This document shows, one piece after another, positions 34,201 to 45,155 of a DNA stretch of 64,000 nucleotides. Position 1 is the first letter of the stretch; the number at the start of each line of letters is the position of its first letter. A program made the translations under genes and the position numbers. Source of the stretch: Ylistrum balloti (Eukaryota); the NCBI RefSeq assembly GCF_031769215.1, contig NW_026782274.1, positions 496,001-560,000 of the forward strand, read 5' to 3'. A model generated the notes under the pieces. The model saw only the letters and a program-made list of their open reading frames with translations, ran no database searches and was not told the origin of the DNA.

Positions 34201-36268
34201 TGTATATCTTTTTGACAACTTCATGAAACCAGTTCCTCCTGATGTTGTTGGCGAGATCTACGTAGGAGGTATTGGTGTATCCAAGGGATACATCGGTCAC
34301 GCAGCGGAGCACAACTTGGAACGATTTGTCCAGAATCCAATGACAGATCAGCTTTGCCTGTTATACAAAACAGGCGATCACGCGTTTCAATCAAATGATG
34401 GCAATATCACTTACATCGGGAGGTTGGATGACATGATAAAGATCAGGGGCCAACGAGTTGACCTTAGTGAAATTGAGCAAGTTCTGATTCAACATACAAA
34501 GGTGGAACTTGCTGTCGTTGTAGCACATAGATGTACAGACTCGAATGAGATTAGTATAGCGGCGTATGTGGCACCTTCTTTCGTGTACTTGTCGGAATTA
34601 CGGGAGTACTTGACGAAAGCTCTTCCAAAATACATGATACCGACGTTCATTAAGAAAATTGAGGTAGCTGACTTCCCAATGACACTGAATGGCAAAATAG
34701 ACAGAAAACGTCTTGAAAAAGACGAATCTGTACATGAACAATCAAGATTTGGTGGAGGCAGTCATCTAAACGAAACGCAACTTGCTATAGCTCAACTTTG
34801 GTGTACAGTTCTCAAACTTAACGAATCGATAATACATGAATTTCACCGCCAGACATCTTTCAGTGAACTCGGCGGCAACTCTTTGCAGTTGGTGCTCCTA
34901 CAGCGTACGTTAGAAGACAAGCTCCATATCCAGTTGTCGTTTACAGACCTAGGTATGGCAGATACGATAGAGGAATTCTGCGACGTCATCAGAAGAAAGA
35001 AAGATATGCTCCGAAGATCTAATCAAAACAATTCAAATGATCTGCGTGATCTTCGTCAGGTAATAGTGCAGGATTCTATTCTAGATCCATCGATCATACC
35101 TCAACATGCTAGGCGTGGCTCTATTAAGTTCAGTCACTTCTCGGCGTTTGTACAGAAATGTTCCATGAAATACCCAAGGAACGCTCTAATGTCAGGCGTG
35201 ACCGGATTCCTGGGGGCGTATCTCCTGTCTGAACTTCTTGAACAAACAAACGCTCATGTGTGTTGTATGGTTCGAGAATCTACAGAGGCAAGGGGATTCG
35301 GTAGAATAGTTGAAAATCTCAGAAAGTACAACTTATGGAAAGTAGAATATGGGAGTAGAATCGCGGTAGTGATATCCGACCTATCACAGGAAAATCTCGG
35401 TATAGCGCCAGACATTTACACGGCACTTTGCAACGTCATCGATGTTGTATTCATGAATGCAGCCAAGATGAATTTCAACACTGATTATGATGACCACAAG
35501 GTTGCAAATGTCGACAGTACCAAGGAATTCATCAAATTCGCTGTAACAGGCACTCAGAAATATATATTTTCAACGTCATCGTTGAGCGTTTTCCTCTTCC
35601 CCAACAGCCCTTCCAGCACACCACCAACCAATCGAATGTGTTATGAGACCGAGTTCTGGGATGACCCTTGCACCTTAGAAGGGGGCTATGGAAAAAGCAA
35701 ATGGGCAAGTGAAAAATTGGTCGTGCAAGCACTCGAGTACCTCCCTGGCGGAGCTATATTCCGACCAGCAAGAATATCTGGATGCTCTTTTGACGGCGCT
35801 GGTCCAAGGAACGACCTTTTCGCGTCTACCTTAATCGGTATGACGCAATTAGGGTCGTTTCCCGACATGGACTTTCCCTACGATCTCACACCAGTGGACT
35901 ATGTAGCCAAGGCAATGGTGGAAATCTCTCTGCAGATTTGCAACGACAGTAACCATCATGAACATGTTTATCATCTGTTCAATTCTCAGACAATTCCTTT
36001 TAAGGACATTTTCAAAGGAATGGGTCTGAAGTCTCTTCCTCTTGAACAATGGCGCCAAGAACTCCGAAATGCATCTGACGACAGCAAGGTCCTTATCCCG
36101 TTTACACCGTTTTTCCATTCCGAGTTTTGGGACAAGGCGCCTCACTGGCCAGTATTTGACACTTCAAACACAGACAGACTTACCAGCGACCGCACAAAGG
36201 AACTATTGAAACCTTCAAAAGACCTCTTGTGCTTGTACAAAACATATTTTGGTCTAAATACCAAATAG
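31259..36268 (+). CDS. Monomodular NRPS, 1669 aa: formyltransferase (N and C subdomains), relic condensation lobe, adenylation (Tyr-type code), PCP, terminal NAD(P)H thioester reductase (FmtATR-like)
   Basis: F domain: NYHDSPLPRYAG and GIDTGD (Asn113, His115, Asp151). A domain: YVMYTSGSTGRPKG, FDAT, NAYGPTE, GEIYVGG..GY, YKTGD, GRLDDMIKIRGQRVDLSEIE, LPKYMIP, NGKID. T domain: LGGNSL (Ser1208). R domain: SGVTGFLG, STSS, YGKSK. Uninterrupted 5010-nt ORF; spliceosomal acceptor TTTATTACAG ends at 31245. Confidence 0.97.
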   Translation: MPVIDIPDITSCTSYIAALDSDRSIPSAVIGEGNLLLSCLEYLTDASFTISAVFTDTPVVKTFCEEKKILQWKRGTDIEHALRDIPIDYLFSISNPRVLTDSVLQIPRKLSINYHDSPLPRYAGIHATSWAIINGESNHGISWHVIETGIDTGDILQTRAVKIDPDDSAFTLNMKCQEAAKSAFQILIKDVKQDCINRTTQPVSGRSYYGLHAIPPNIGVLNFQTSCTNICNLGRGLEFGTHDNALGSPKVMTSTGDFVLVTNVEESNCSFDEHVKHGTITEIVDDTLVVKTQGNSVLLSITKLDGSHLSPSEYSDLGISVGEKLSSNFAVDTENLTQIRKKETFWRRKLKIYDPTTFFRQRMNVVAGIIDVSTAINVKSIVIPLPVPNMNGHSFHTHTCELLMSAFVAFIGRMTCNSNVSLGILANKSTVPEMARGLYSDICPGVFTVDLQQKTHVVLHDLYEMIKTYREAQSFLVDAFYRYPELRGQKRTPHHNIAIGQIPSHASATGVAQHVLHDCNILLLFNDDGDEMHLMYKEKIGQDFQYISDVLQHFPTFLTTSDLNQPLHETHLVSDEELKQLYLQPLPFKPSTKSVYDVFEEQCRSSPNNIALRSSATSYTYNQCNELAMKVSCLLDATYEDERIIGLHFPNSMEYVVSVIGVLKTNRAFLPLPIDYPEERMTFTLRDAKVHSMLTTASVYENLKSKGFSLTQVGADAVQIDRNEVILVRFAKNENKVKGNENDFVHIIDGKAKKGGVQTGRILNGHEECGRTKNGECDADDFKILQNNGFTSKMTSQILDEELCYVMYTSGSTGRPKGVQVSHSGVVNLAKAQIELWSLHDGDVIAQFASIGFDATVSEIFTALFSGATLVTLSDEERLGQEFIRTLNMLDVNTITLPPSALNIYSPNDLPKLEKVVTAGEACSLGTALKWTVDNKTIRFFNAYGPTETTVCATCYEFKSSDVHVDNTQDLPIGMAIPGMSVYLFDNFMKPVPPDVVGEIYVGGIGVSKGYIGHAAEHNLERFVQNPMTDQLCLLYKTGDHAFQSNDGNITYIGRLDDMIKIRGQRVDLSEIEQVLIQHTKVELAVVVAHRCTDSNEISIAAYVAPSFVYLSELREYLTKALPKYMIPTFIKKIEVADFPMTLNGKIDRKRLEKDESVHEQSRFGGGSHLNETQLAIAQLWCTVLKLNESIIHEFHRQTSFSELGGNSLQLVLLQRTLEDKLHIQLSFTDLGMADTIEEFCDVIRRKKDMLRRSNQNNSNDLRDLRQVIVQDSILDPSIIPQHARRGSIKFSHFSAFVQKCSMKYPRNALMSGVTGFLGAYLLSELLEQTNAHVCCMVRESTEARGFGRIVENLRKYNLWKVEYGSRIAVVISDLSQENLGIAPDIYTALCNVIDVVFMNAAKMNFNTDYDDHKVANVDSTKEFIKFAVTGTQKYIFSTSSLSVFLFPNSPSSTPPTNRMCYETEFWDDPCTLEGGYGKSKWASEKLVVQALEYLPGGAIFRPARISGCSFDGAGPRNDLFASTLIGMTQLGSFPDMDFPYDLTPVDYVAKAMVEISLQICNDSNHHEHVYHLFNSQTIPFKDIFKGMGLKSLPLEQWRQELRNASDDSKVLIPFTPFFHSEFWDKAPHWPVFDTSNTDRLTSDRTKELLKPSKDLLCLYKTYFGLNTK

Positions 36269-36689
36269 AGGAAGCACGCAAACATTTTCTAATCAAAACT
36301 CATTATTGTGCAGTTCTTCTTTTCGGTTAAACCTCTTCATCCTGTAGTAAAGTCTCTTGTCCAATACTCGTGTCACATGACACTTTCTGTAAGGAGGTTT
36401 AGAAAATTATACAGTGTCTTAAATGTGTAACAATATTTTTGCTGAAATCCACTATATTCATTCCAAAGACATTAGTCCATTTCTGAGTGGATTATCATCA
36501 CAGAAAGGTGTAATCATAATCGGACATAACGATTGTGGTTACAATGGGAGGAAGGGGGATATTTCAGGTAGTAGTATTCTCAAGAGTCCCAGACTCATAT
36601 TTTTCACATCGTATAACTTAAGACAGTGTTGCAAGATAACAATCAAGGTATCTTTGACAAGCCGTTTTATCATTTAACCCTATTTCCTC

Positions 36690-37360
36690 TTCAGGGAATA
36701 TTTTTCACTTCATTGAAAATTAACACAATGCAAACAATTTAACTCAAAGTAAAAAGAATTTCACCTAAGTGAAAAAATATGTTGTGTAGACATAATGTTA
36801 AATAATTTTCACTTAAGTGAAATTACTTTCACCTTCAGGTAGATATGGTCATTGCAATCTGGATGTTTCTTATCCATCTCTTTTTATTAATTGACAGATC
36901 AATTTATATGCTTACTGCATTATATGACTTATACTGTTATTGGTAGAAACTATTCGTTGTATCTCATTTTATTTCCCTTAAGGGAAAAATATTTTTTTTC
37001 CATTATGTGTTTTTTCATTAGTGAAATGGATTTTATTTCCATTGTGTGTTTTTCACTGAAATGAAAATGATTCTTAATTCCATTTTTTTTTTACTTGTGT
37101 CAAGAAAGATTTTTTTAATTGCCATTACATATTCGGGCTCTGAAAGAGATAGTAAACACCAAATGATTTATTAACAAATGGGCTAGTCCAAATCTATTGA
37201 GTAGGATTTCTGCCACCAAACTTTTTGTTTAATTTCACTTTTTCAAGCGAAAAAGATTTTCACTGAAGTGAAATACAACATAATGCGAAAAGAAGTTTGG
37301 TTGCTTTAAGGCAAAATGAATTTCACTGAAGTGAAATAAATCAAATGCATATTTCACCTT
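36690..37360. other. Cluster of TTTCAC-N4-GTGAAA palindromes
   Basis: Perfect copies at 36759, 36807, 37258, 37321; variants at 36972 (TTTCCC-TTAA-GGGAAA) and 37051 (one mismatch). Confidence 0.75.
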
Positions 37361-40300
37361 AATTAAATGTTAAAATGGCTTGCCATGGAAGTTTTAGGGA
37401 TCTCTATAAGATACTAAATTATCCATTAATTGAGTTGACTCTCTATTTATTATTGAAACATTTTGTAACTAAAATATCAGCCATTTTTTTTCAAACATTA
37501 AAACAGTGAACTATTTATATGAAGTCTTAGTACTGTGAATCACTTAGATTTCGTGCAAACTTCATTTTATGAACTCACCTCTGCAGACATATTGACCAAT
37601 ACTTTATTTCGCAGGCATTGATCCAGAAAAGACAATTATGAATTATTGGAGACAGAAACTCTAGGAAACTCCCATATCGGCACCCGATATCTTCATATTG
37701 GTGACCATTTTACTTAAGAGAGTGACATGACTATACCTGTTGTTTACATGCACATGCTGAATTGTATGTGAAACTTCTACATTATTTCATGTTGCAGAAT
37801 GAATTGAGTTGTTTTCAGGGTAAGATAACAGGACTCCTATATGCCAGACTTATGATGCAGTGCTACACTTTTACACAGCAGTCGTTCAAGCAGTAACGAC
37901 TTTGAAGGTTTTGCAACTGTTTATTTTATGAGTTAATAAAACAAATCTTATGCATGTCTCATTGTAAATATTTTTACACGTTTCCAACACAAAAATTGCA
38001 TAAGGGATTAACAATTTCACCTAATAGCAAACGTGCTTGACCATTTTGTGCAGTTCTACAGACAGTAATACGTGGAGTTCTAAACATGTCTGAATTTGAA
38101 AGGAATATATGACTAGAAAATATGTTTGTGCTATTATAATTATAAACACATAAATTCAATGGAAGTGTAAACAGAAGTAAAAGTAAGTTAACATCGAAAT
38201 GACAACGATGTCATCAAAAGATTCGCACAAATAATCACAGTAGTTTTGAATTCATGATTGACTCTCCTCACATATTAACACTGAAATAAATACCACGCAA
38301 AATATAAGTGATTTATAGTAATAAACATGATTGTAAAATTTCTTATCGTAACTATAGATAGAAAATGTTGTTCCTGATGAAGACTTTTAAGGTATAATGT
38401 GAAGGTATCTAAAGTGTTAACTTAAGGATTGAATATCACTTCTGTGCAATGAGCCAGTGATTTGACCAGGAGAAAATTGGATTCATGTGGACAGATGCAC
38501 AAGAGATGGAAATACATCAACTGTGGGATTAACAATGCTAAAATGTCTTCATTATGTTTTAGACATTTATAATCTCTCACCATTAAGTATAAATATGTCT
38601 CTCACCAGTTTGTTAATTTGTTTGTAAACCCCATGTTTCCTCAGCAAATAAAATTTGAGGATGGCCTAAAGGAGTGTAGCATGACAAAAACTTTAAAAAG
38701 AGACAGCTCTCCAAAATTCACAATTCTTATTTATTGTTAATAAAGAATGTTCACAAACAACAAGCTGTAAAAACAATTTTTTCATACAGTGGAATTTTGT
38801 GGTTTTCCAAAACTATACATTTTCTTTGTACTTGATTTCCTGGGTAAATCTTGCTCACCAAATCAACTTAAATCAATATCAACCTTAATCCTAGAATTGG
38901 AGTGCCCACAAATTTAAAGAAAACAATTTTACAGCAGGATGTGGAAATATACAAAGTTATCCTGGGATCTTTTAATGAACATATTTTTGAAAAACTCTTT
39001 GGTATATGTATATGGTATTTCTTTCACTCAAGTCATATTTCAGAAGTTACAAAAAAAAAACACTGGCTTTTGAAACTGTTTTTGTATTTTTTGAAAATAA
39101 CTAGAGAGAGTAAAAGAAATATCATAAATAACAACTTCAAGTTTTTGTGACTTCTTTTTACTTCATTCCATAGTTAAATTGATATGTTCTGTAGCATGTG
39201 TGTTTTGTTTACATCATTAATATGCAAAACTGACAATTTCAGAAATACATGGAGATATTTTAACTCATTACTAGAAATAATTTGGTTTTTACCATCAAAG
39301 TAAATAAAGAATAGAAATCCAATTAAAAATCAGATTATTACAATAGCAAGTGTGACCTTCTTATTGCACAGACTAATTTCTGTGAGGGTATGAAGCACCG
39401 AAGGAGTTTGTCCTCTCAGCCAATCAAAACATGCTGAAGTACAGAGGCCTGTCACCTTGATACAAATAATTTTACTTCTGACATTAAACTATCAAGCATT
39501 TTATTTTAATATAAGGAAAGCATTATTGTACAAGGAATAAAAATCAAACCAAAGAGAAACTTCTACACGTTGAAAAATTATTCATCTAGAATATGAAACA
39601 TAAAATTGACACCTTCATTACTTTATTTGTGCACATATTTAGTACCACACCAGCATATCTAGATGTGTTGATCCATTTTGTACACATGACCATAGAAGTT
39701 TCTAGGTTTATATTGCTTTTCCTTGTGATCCTTCCCACAGAAATGATGCAAACCTTTCTATGCAGTAGAAATGTTTTTGTCACTATCACTATAACCTGTT
39801 AAAAAGACTTTTCATTTGAGAATAATTCTGATCCTATAACAGGCCTGTTCTGTTATGCTATATACCTATGATATGTATATGAATATATATTGTAATACAG
39901 TTTTTGAAATAAATATCATTCTTATTTTTCCTTGAATTATCATCATGTGTTGTTTAATCATTTCTTTGTTATAACTTATAAATAAAATGATGTCTCAGTG
40001 AAATAGATAACACGAAATAACATTAAATACAATTGTCTTTGGCAACTAAAGTTATAAAGGACCTGTTGAAAAATTTCCTGTCTTAAATGGCAATGACTTT
40101 TTCTTAATCTACAAAAAAATGAGTAAAATGGTTAAGAGGTTTACTAAAGACAAGGAAAAATGATTAGATAAATTCTATACTTCCTTAATACAAATGTGAG
40201 GTTCTCAAAGTTTTATCTGCTGATAAACTACATCATTAAAGCGGTATGTTTTATCCAAATCTGTTTTAAAGATTTCTTTGAAGAGCTACCCCTATAACGC

Positions 40301-40480
40301 TTATCTTCATTAAGTCATGCAATCATTGCTTTGGATTTATAGTTATAAAAGCATAATTTTCTTCTCCCGAGACAGATTTTTTCCACAGTAAACAAATTTG
40401 TCATCCACAAGACAGAATCCATCAGGCTTCAATATGACATTACACATCATACTTAATAACATAATGTGTAATCACACAAA

Positions 40481-43209
40481 TCATAAATCCTTGAGGCTAC
40501 GAATGGCATCAGCGCTTGCTTTAATCAGTTCACAAAGTTGTGTACATCTTTGGAGGTTTGTCTCAGTCTTCAATTGTTCTGATGCCCACTGAAGTTTGCC
40601 ACACAGACTGTCCACTGCATCTCCTTGGATTTGATCAATTGCCCCTGTGGCTGGGATACTGTGGGAGGAGGAAGAAAGTGTACCCTGATGGATTGGGGGT
40701 ATATCTACATGATGTATCTCTGCCCTTGTTGTGGACGGTGGTGCAGTTGGCTGGCCAAATGTTGATGGAATTGATGTTAGGGAGGAGTGATTCCTTCCAC
40801 TGACTGAATGATCTTCAGCAGAGGAGCTCTCCAGTGTTGAACGACTACCTTCAAAAACTTGAGATCGAGCTGCAGTTGGATTTGTGACTGCAATGAGGAA
40901 ATCAGTGAAAATTAGAAAGTTACAAGATCAAGTTGTATAATCATACACTAATGATAAATTCAATGTTGGAAAGGTACATATCTTGTTACTTCCTGCAAGC
41001 CCACACCAGAACATTTAACTGGCAGCATAAATAAATATCTACATATGTATACCTTTATTCAAACGAAATAATTCAAAACAAAAATTCAACATCTTCTTTA
41101 TAAAGCAATACAGCGGTGTATGTTTTTGTGATCGGGATTTAAATGTGTAAAACACCTACATAACACAAAAACTTTTTACGCATTATGTAAATTAAAACTT
41201 CACACTAATTGTATCTTCCTTTTATCAGCCTGTATTAACCCTGAATGTTATTTATTCTAATATTGATGAACGATGAATTCAAAAATTGACATAATGGGTC
41301 CCTAAATTTATCTGAGTGTCATGAAATGGTGACAAATCCATGCACCTGATGTTACTGTTTTTTTTTATAATTCATACCAATCAACAGTCATGTGAACAAC
41401 AAAACATATAATCAGATTGATTATGATCGTGAAACACACACATTTTTTGGACCACTAAAGAAATAAAACATGCTGAGAAAATCAGTTAACGTAACTATCC
41501 TTTCAAAAGTTACAGTGACAAGGAATGATTACATACCTGGATTGTCTTTGTCTGTGTCTGTATCTAATTCCTTACATGTTATGCAGTATTTTTCCCCGGC
41601 TTTTGTCTCCATCAGAATAGTCTACAACAAATAAAACGATTAAACCCCTCTCAAAACAGGACAGATGTGGATATATACATAATCAAGCATTTTTGAAAGT
41701 TGAGATAAATTTTGAGTAAATATTGTGCTTTGTCTTAGCCAGTTTCTGGTTTATGTTAAGATTTTAAAGGATGTTGTCACAGTTTATTGATATTCAAGGG
41801 AAGTTTAATACATAATTTATGATGTAAAACATAAAAATCATTACACCATTTCCAATAAATGATACTGATTTTTTAAGACAGACTACAGAGATAACTTTCT
41901 TCCTATACACTACTGGGACTATTTTTAGAATTTCAGGACTTTAGTTTCCTTTCCCGACATGGATTAATATTACATCTAGACTCTTGTGATGATTCTCTAA
42001 CTTCCTAAGAAATCTATTATTTCTCAGCTCCTACCGACTGATGTTTAATTCGAAAATTTATATATTACATAGGTATATAGGTATACTTACGGAACATTCA
42101 TCACAGACGATTCCCAGCATCTTGTAACCTTTCAGAAGGTAGTCGCCCATGATTTTGCTGATTTTGTCTGACCTTTCTCTACGAGCAGCAATTATTTTCA
42201 TCTCTGCTTCGCTTGGTGGTTGCCATTCTTCTAAAGTGAAATTAAGTGCATAGAGTCTTACATTTAATGTAGAATGATATAAAAGACATGAAACTTCCGT
42301 TAATCACTGATCATGAAAGTTAAGGAAAATTCTAAAGACAGTCATGAGAATCTAGATTTCATCATGTAAGTTAATGCAACAGAGTTGAATCTTCAGGGTA
42401 AGAATTATTACTAATTTTAGAGGTGCCTGGGTCTGGTAAAGATCAAAATCAGTACACCAACATTTTAGGAACTCAAACTTTTCCTGTGGGACTCCTTCAA
42501 GTTTTTTAGAGCCTACCATATCTCTAAGAAATGGACCACATTCAAATTTTGCATATGTATCCTCTTAACTCAACAGGATTTTAAATTTTTTTTACTTAAT
42601 ATTTTAGTATAATTATAACAGAGACATATATATGTTTCTGAATTATAAGTCATTAAAACCTCATTTTTTAATATAACAAAAACTGTAATGATTGTATACA
42701 TGTAATAAGTTAAGATAGTTTTACATCATGAATTTGTACTTTATAATGAGAATATCATACATCATAAAAACTCATTAGCTCTGTACAGATAGTTGAGTTA
42801 CATGGAACAACCAAGTTACTTTTTTCCGTTTTAAGAGGTCACTTTAACACAAAGCTAGGACTGTTTGCCATAGATATGATCAAAACATTTCGATGTTATG
42901 CCAAGGACTTAGATGAATATAAATATATAGATATATAAATGTTATATAAATAACTATCTCTTACAGGCAAACACATCCAGTACATTAGCTTGTTACATGC
43001 AACTGTATCATACATTTGGTTAAAAGTGAAACCGACAATCAAAACTCAGTTCTTTAACACCAAATTGTAAAAATATGTAAAGAGCTGGCATAGACATTCG
43101 TACAAACATCAAACACAAATAAATGTAAGGAATTTAAACAATCGTCAGACCTACCCATTTCTTCTGTCAAAAGAGCCTCATCCACGTTGTTATTCATGGT
43201 CGCCGCCAT
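40481..43209 (-). CDS. ZNRD2: ZNRD2/SSSCA1 orthologue, 228 aa. Exons 43209-43155, 42230-42091, 41621-41537, 40887-40481
   Basis: WQPPSEAEMKIIAARRERSDKISKIMGDYLLKGYKMLG, zinc-ribbon CxxC..CxxC, DKDNP, C-terminal KLQWASEQL..QLCELIKASADAI. Exons in phase (687 nt). Confidence 0.93.
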
Positions 43210-44469
43210 TGATGTTATATAGTAAACGCAAAACGGAGTCTGGACGGGAAATAAGGCAGAGTTTGGGGTTTTTTTAAACTCCAAAAGCCACCATCCTCAC
43301 ACGAAAAAGAGTCGCTGCAGTTTTACTTATTCTTTTGTCCATTTCCATCATGATCAGTATACCAGGAAACTGTTATTTCAACATTTATTTACAAATGTAT
43401 TTCAACCCTTGAATAACAAACCCTCGTTATTTTTTCAGTCTAAGAATACGAGATCTAGGTCTATGGCAGTAGTCTGCGTAAAACTATTCAGAAAATAAAC
43501 GATTAAGGAAAAAACATTTGGTGGGTAATGTCAATTAGAGATTTACACTCGAGATTGATTGGTCTCGAAACTTGGGGGAGGGGATAGGTGTCAAAATAAG
43601 CGAACTATTCATTTGAAGAAAAAATGCATCATAAATCTTATAAAAAAAAAACATTCTTTTTTGACAATGCATATGTAAACAATCCATATAAATATGGTCC
43701 AGAATCAATGTATCGAAATACGGTTAATGTACATGTATTTCAGTTTCTTAAATCAGAATTCAGTTTGCTTTCACACCGTGGGTTGATTAAGACTACAAAG
43801 TTCGCGGCCTACGGGGTTGAAGAGGTAAAGCCGACATTGAACGATGCCCGGGATACCTGTAAAATCAGGAAGTTATGCATGAAAGATGAATTTGAACTTA
43901 TAGTATATCTCCAGACAAACCGTCCATTTTACTTGTTAAAATCATCTGGTAAATTAATTAATTTAATTAATCACATTGTGAATGAAACTAATTAGATTAC
44001 ATTGTGTTTTGTTCACGTTGAACACATCATTGGTCATCATTACGGTGTAAAAAATAAAATCTTAAAATGTAAAGTTGAAAATACTTGGAAGATAAATTTG
44101 TGACATTTGGCGGTAAATTTCTGAAAATCAAAACTTGTTTTCGCGGTCATTTCATATATTTTTTCATATATTTGTTCAATATATACATCATAAATATACA
44201 AAAGAACGCATCAGCCATCCTCACATTCACGTTCAGAAATCACAAATAAAAATACTATTATGACATTCACACCGATTTACATCATACTACATACATGGTA
44301 GACACAAACATCCTTAACTTCATCTTCCGCATCATCTACGCTTGTCAATTAACATCATCACAATGTAAGCATGCACTTCATGTATACTGGTATACATTCA
44401 TCATCATCCTCCTCCTCATCATCGTCATCATCATGACACATGCACACATTACACTCATTGTGGTAATAC

Positions 44470-44906
44470 TAGTGTTGGGAATCGGCTGAAATTTCCTGAT
44501 CGATCATCAACATTGTGTAACCGATCGATGATCGATTAAAATCGATTAATTTTTAATTGTCTGTTTTGGGATATTATTCAAGTCTAAATATGTATTTTGT
44601 GTTATGTTTTAACAGTAATTCACGTAATTACTAAAACTGTTGTACCTACACCATCTTTTTGTGTGCTTGTTATTCGTTTATTGCACAGAATACTTTTTAA
44701 TATAAACAAATGTCTTTTTTTAAAAGATAATTCTATTAATGTTTAAAATAATTTCAATGTTGAAATAATCTCTTTTCATACATCACGATGATCGACTACA
44801 GATTTCTTAATCGATTAAATGATCAAACATCTCAAACAAGTGATACTCGATTAAATCAGGGACGTATATATGTCCCTGATTAAATCGATTAATCGGAACA
44901 ACACTA
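44470..44906. mobile_element. Non-autonomous hAT-type element (MITE), 437 bp
   Basis: Terminal inverted repeats TAGTGTTG/CAACACTA. Exact 8-bp target-site duplication GGTAATAC (44462-44469 and 44907-44914). Multiple subterminal ATCGAT motifs. Confidence 0.9.
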
Positions 44907-45155
44907 GGTAATACAGTTAACTTTTTTTTATAACACACTTCAAAAGCGATTTAATCATAACGATGTGATTTTTGCTCCCTTTAACAATCTGTCGTAACCT
45001 GTGTTTTTAACAATAGAATAAAATGAAATGACTAGAAAATTCGTGTTAAACTACAAAAAATCATGGACATGTGCAAGGCTTCCCGGAAGTGAAGGGGAGG
45101 GAACTCTGGTTAATACACCAATCAGAAGCGGTCCGCGAAAACTGAACAGTTCAAA

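Noticed and set aside
31597-36145. Antisense ORFs overlapping the NRPS, FMO and transferase
   Set aside because: Short shadow frames expected opposite long coding sequences; no independent motifs.
31259-36268. NRPS as bacterial contamination or a symbiont contig
   Set aside because: It is contiguous with spliced genes, LINEs and animal housekeeping genes, and has a spliceosomal acceptor just upstream of the ATG.
37600-37740. IDPEKTIMNYWRQKL-stop, resembling the YWRxxL start of NRPS condensation regions
   Set aside because: Too short, interrupted by a stop and with no further NRPS motifs. Likely coincidence.
37400-40400. Possible additional gene between the NRPS and ZNRD2
   Set aside because: Scattered splice-like signals, but no exon chain with an open frame could be assembled.
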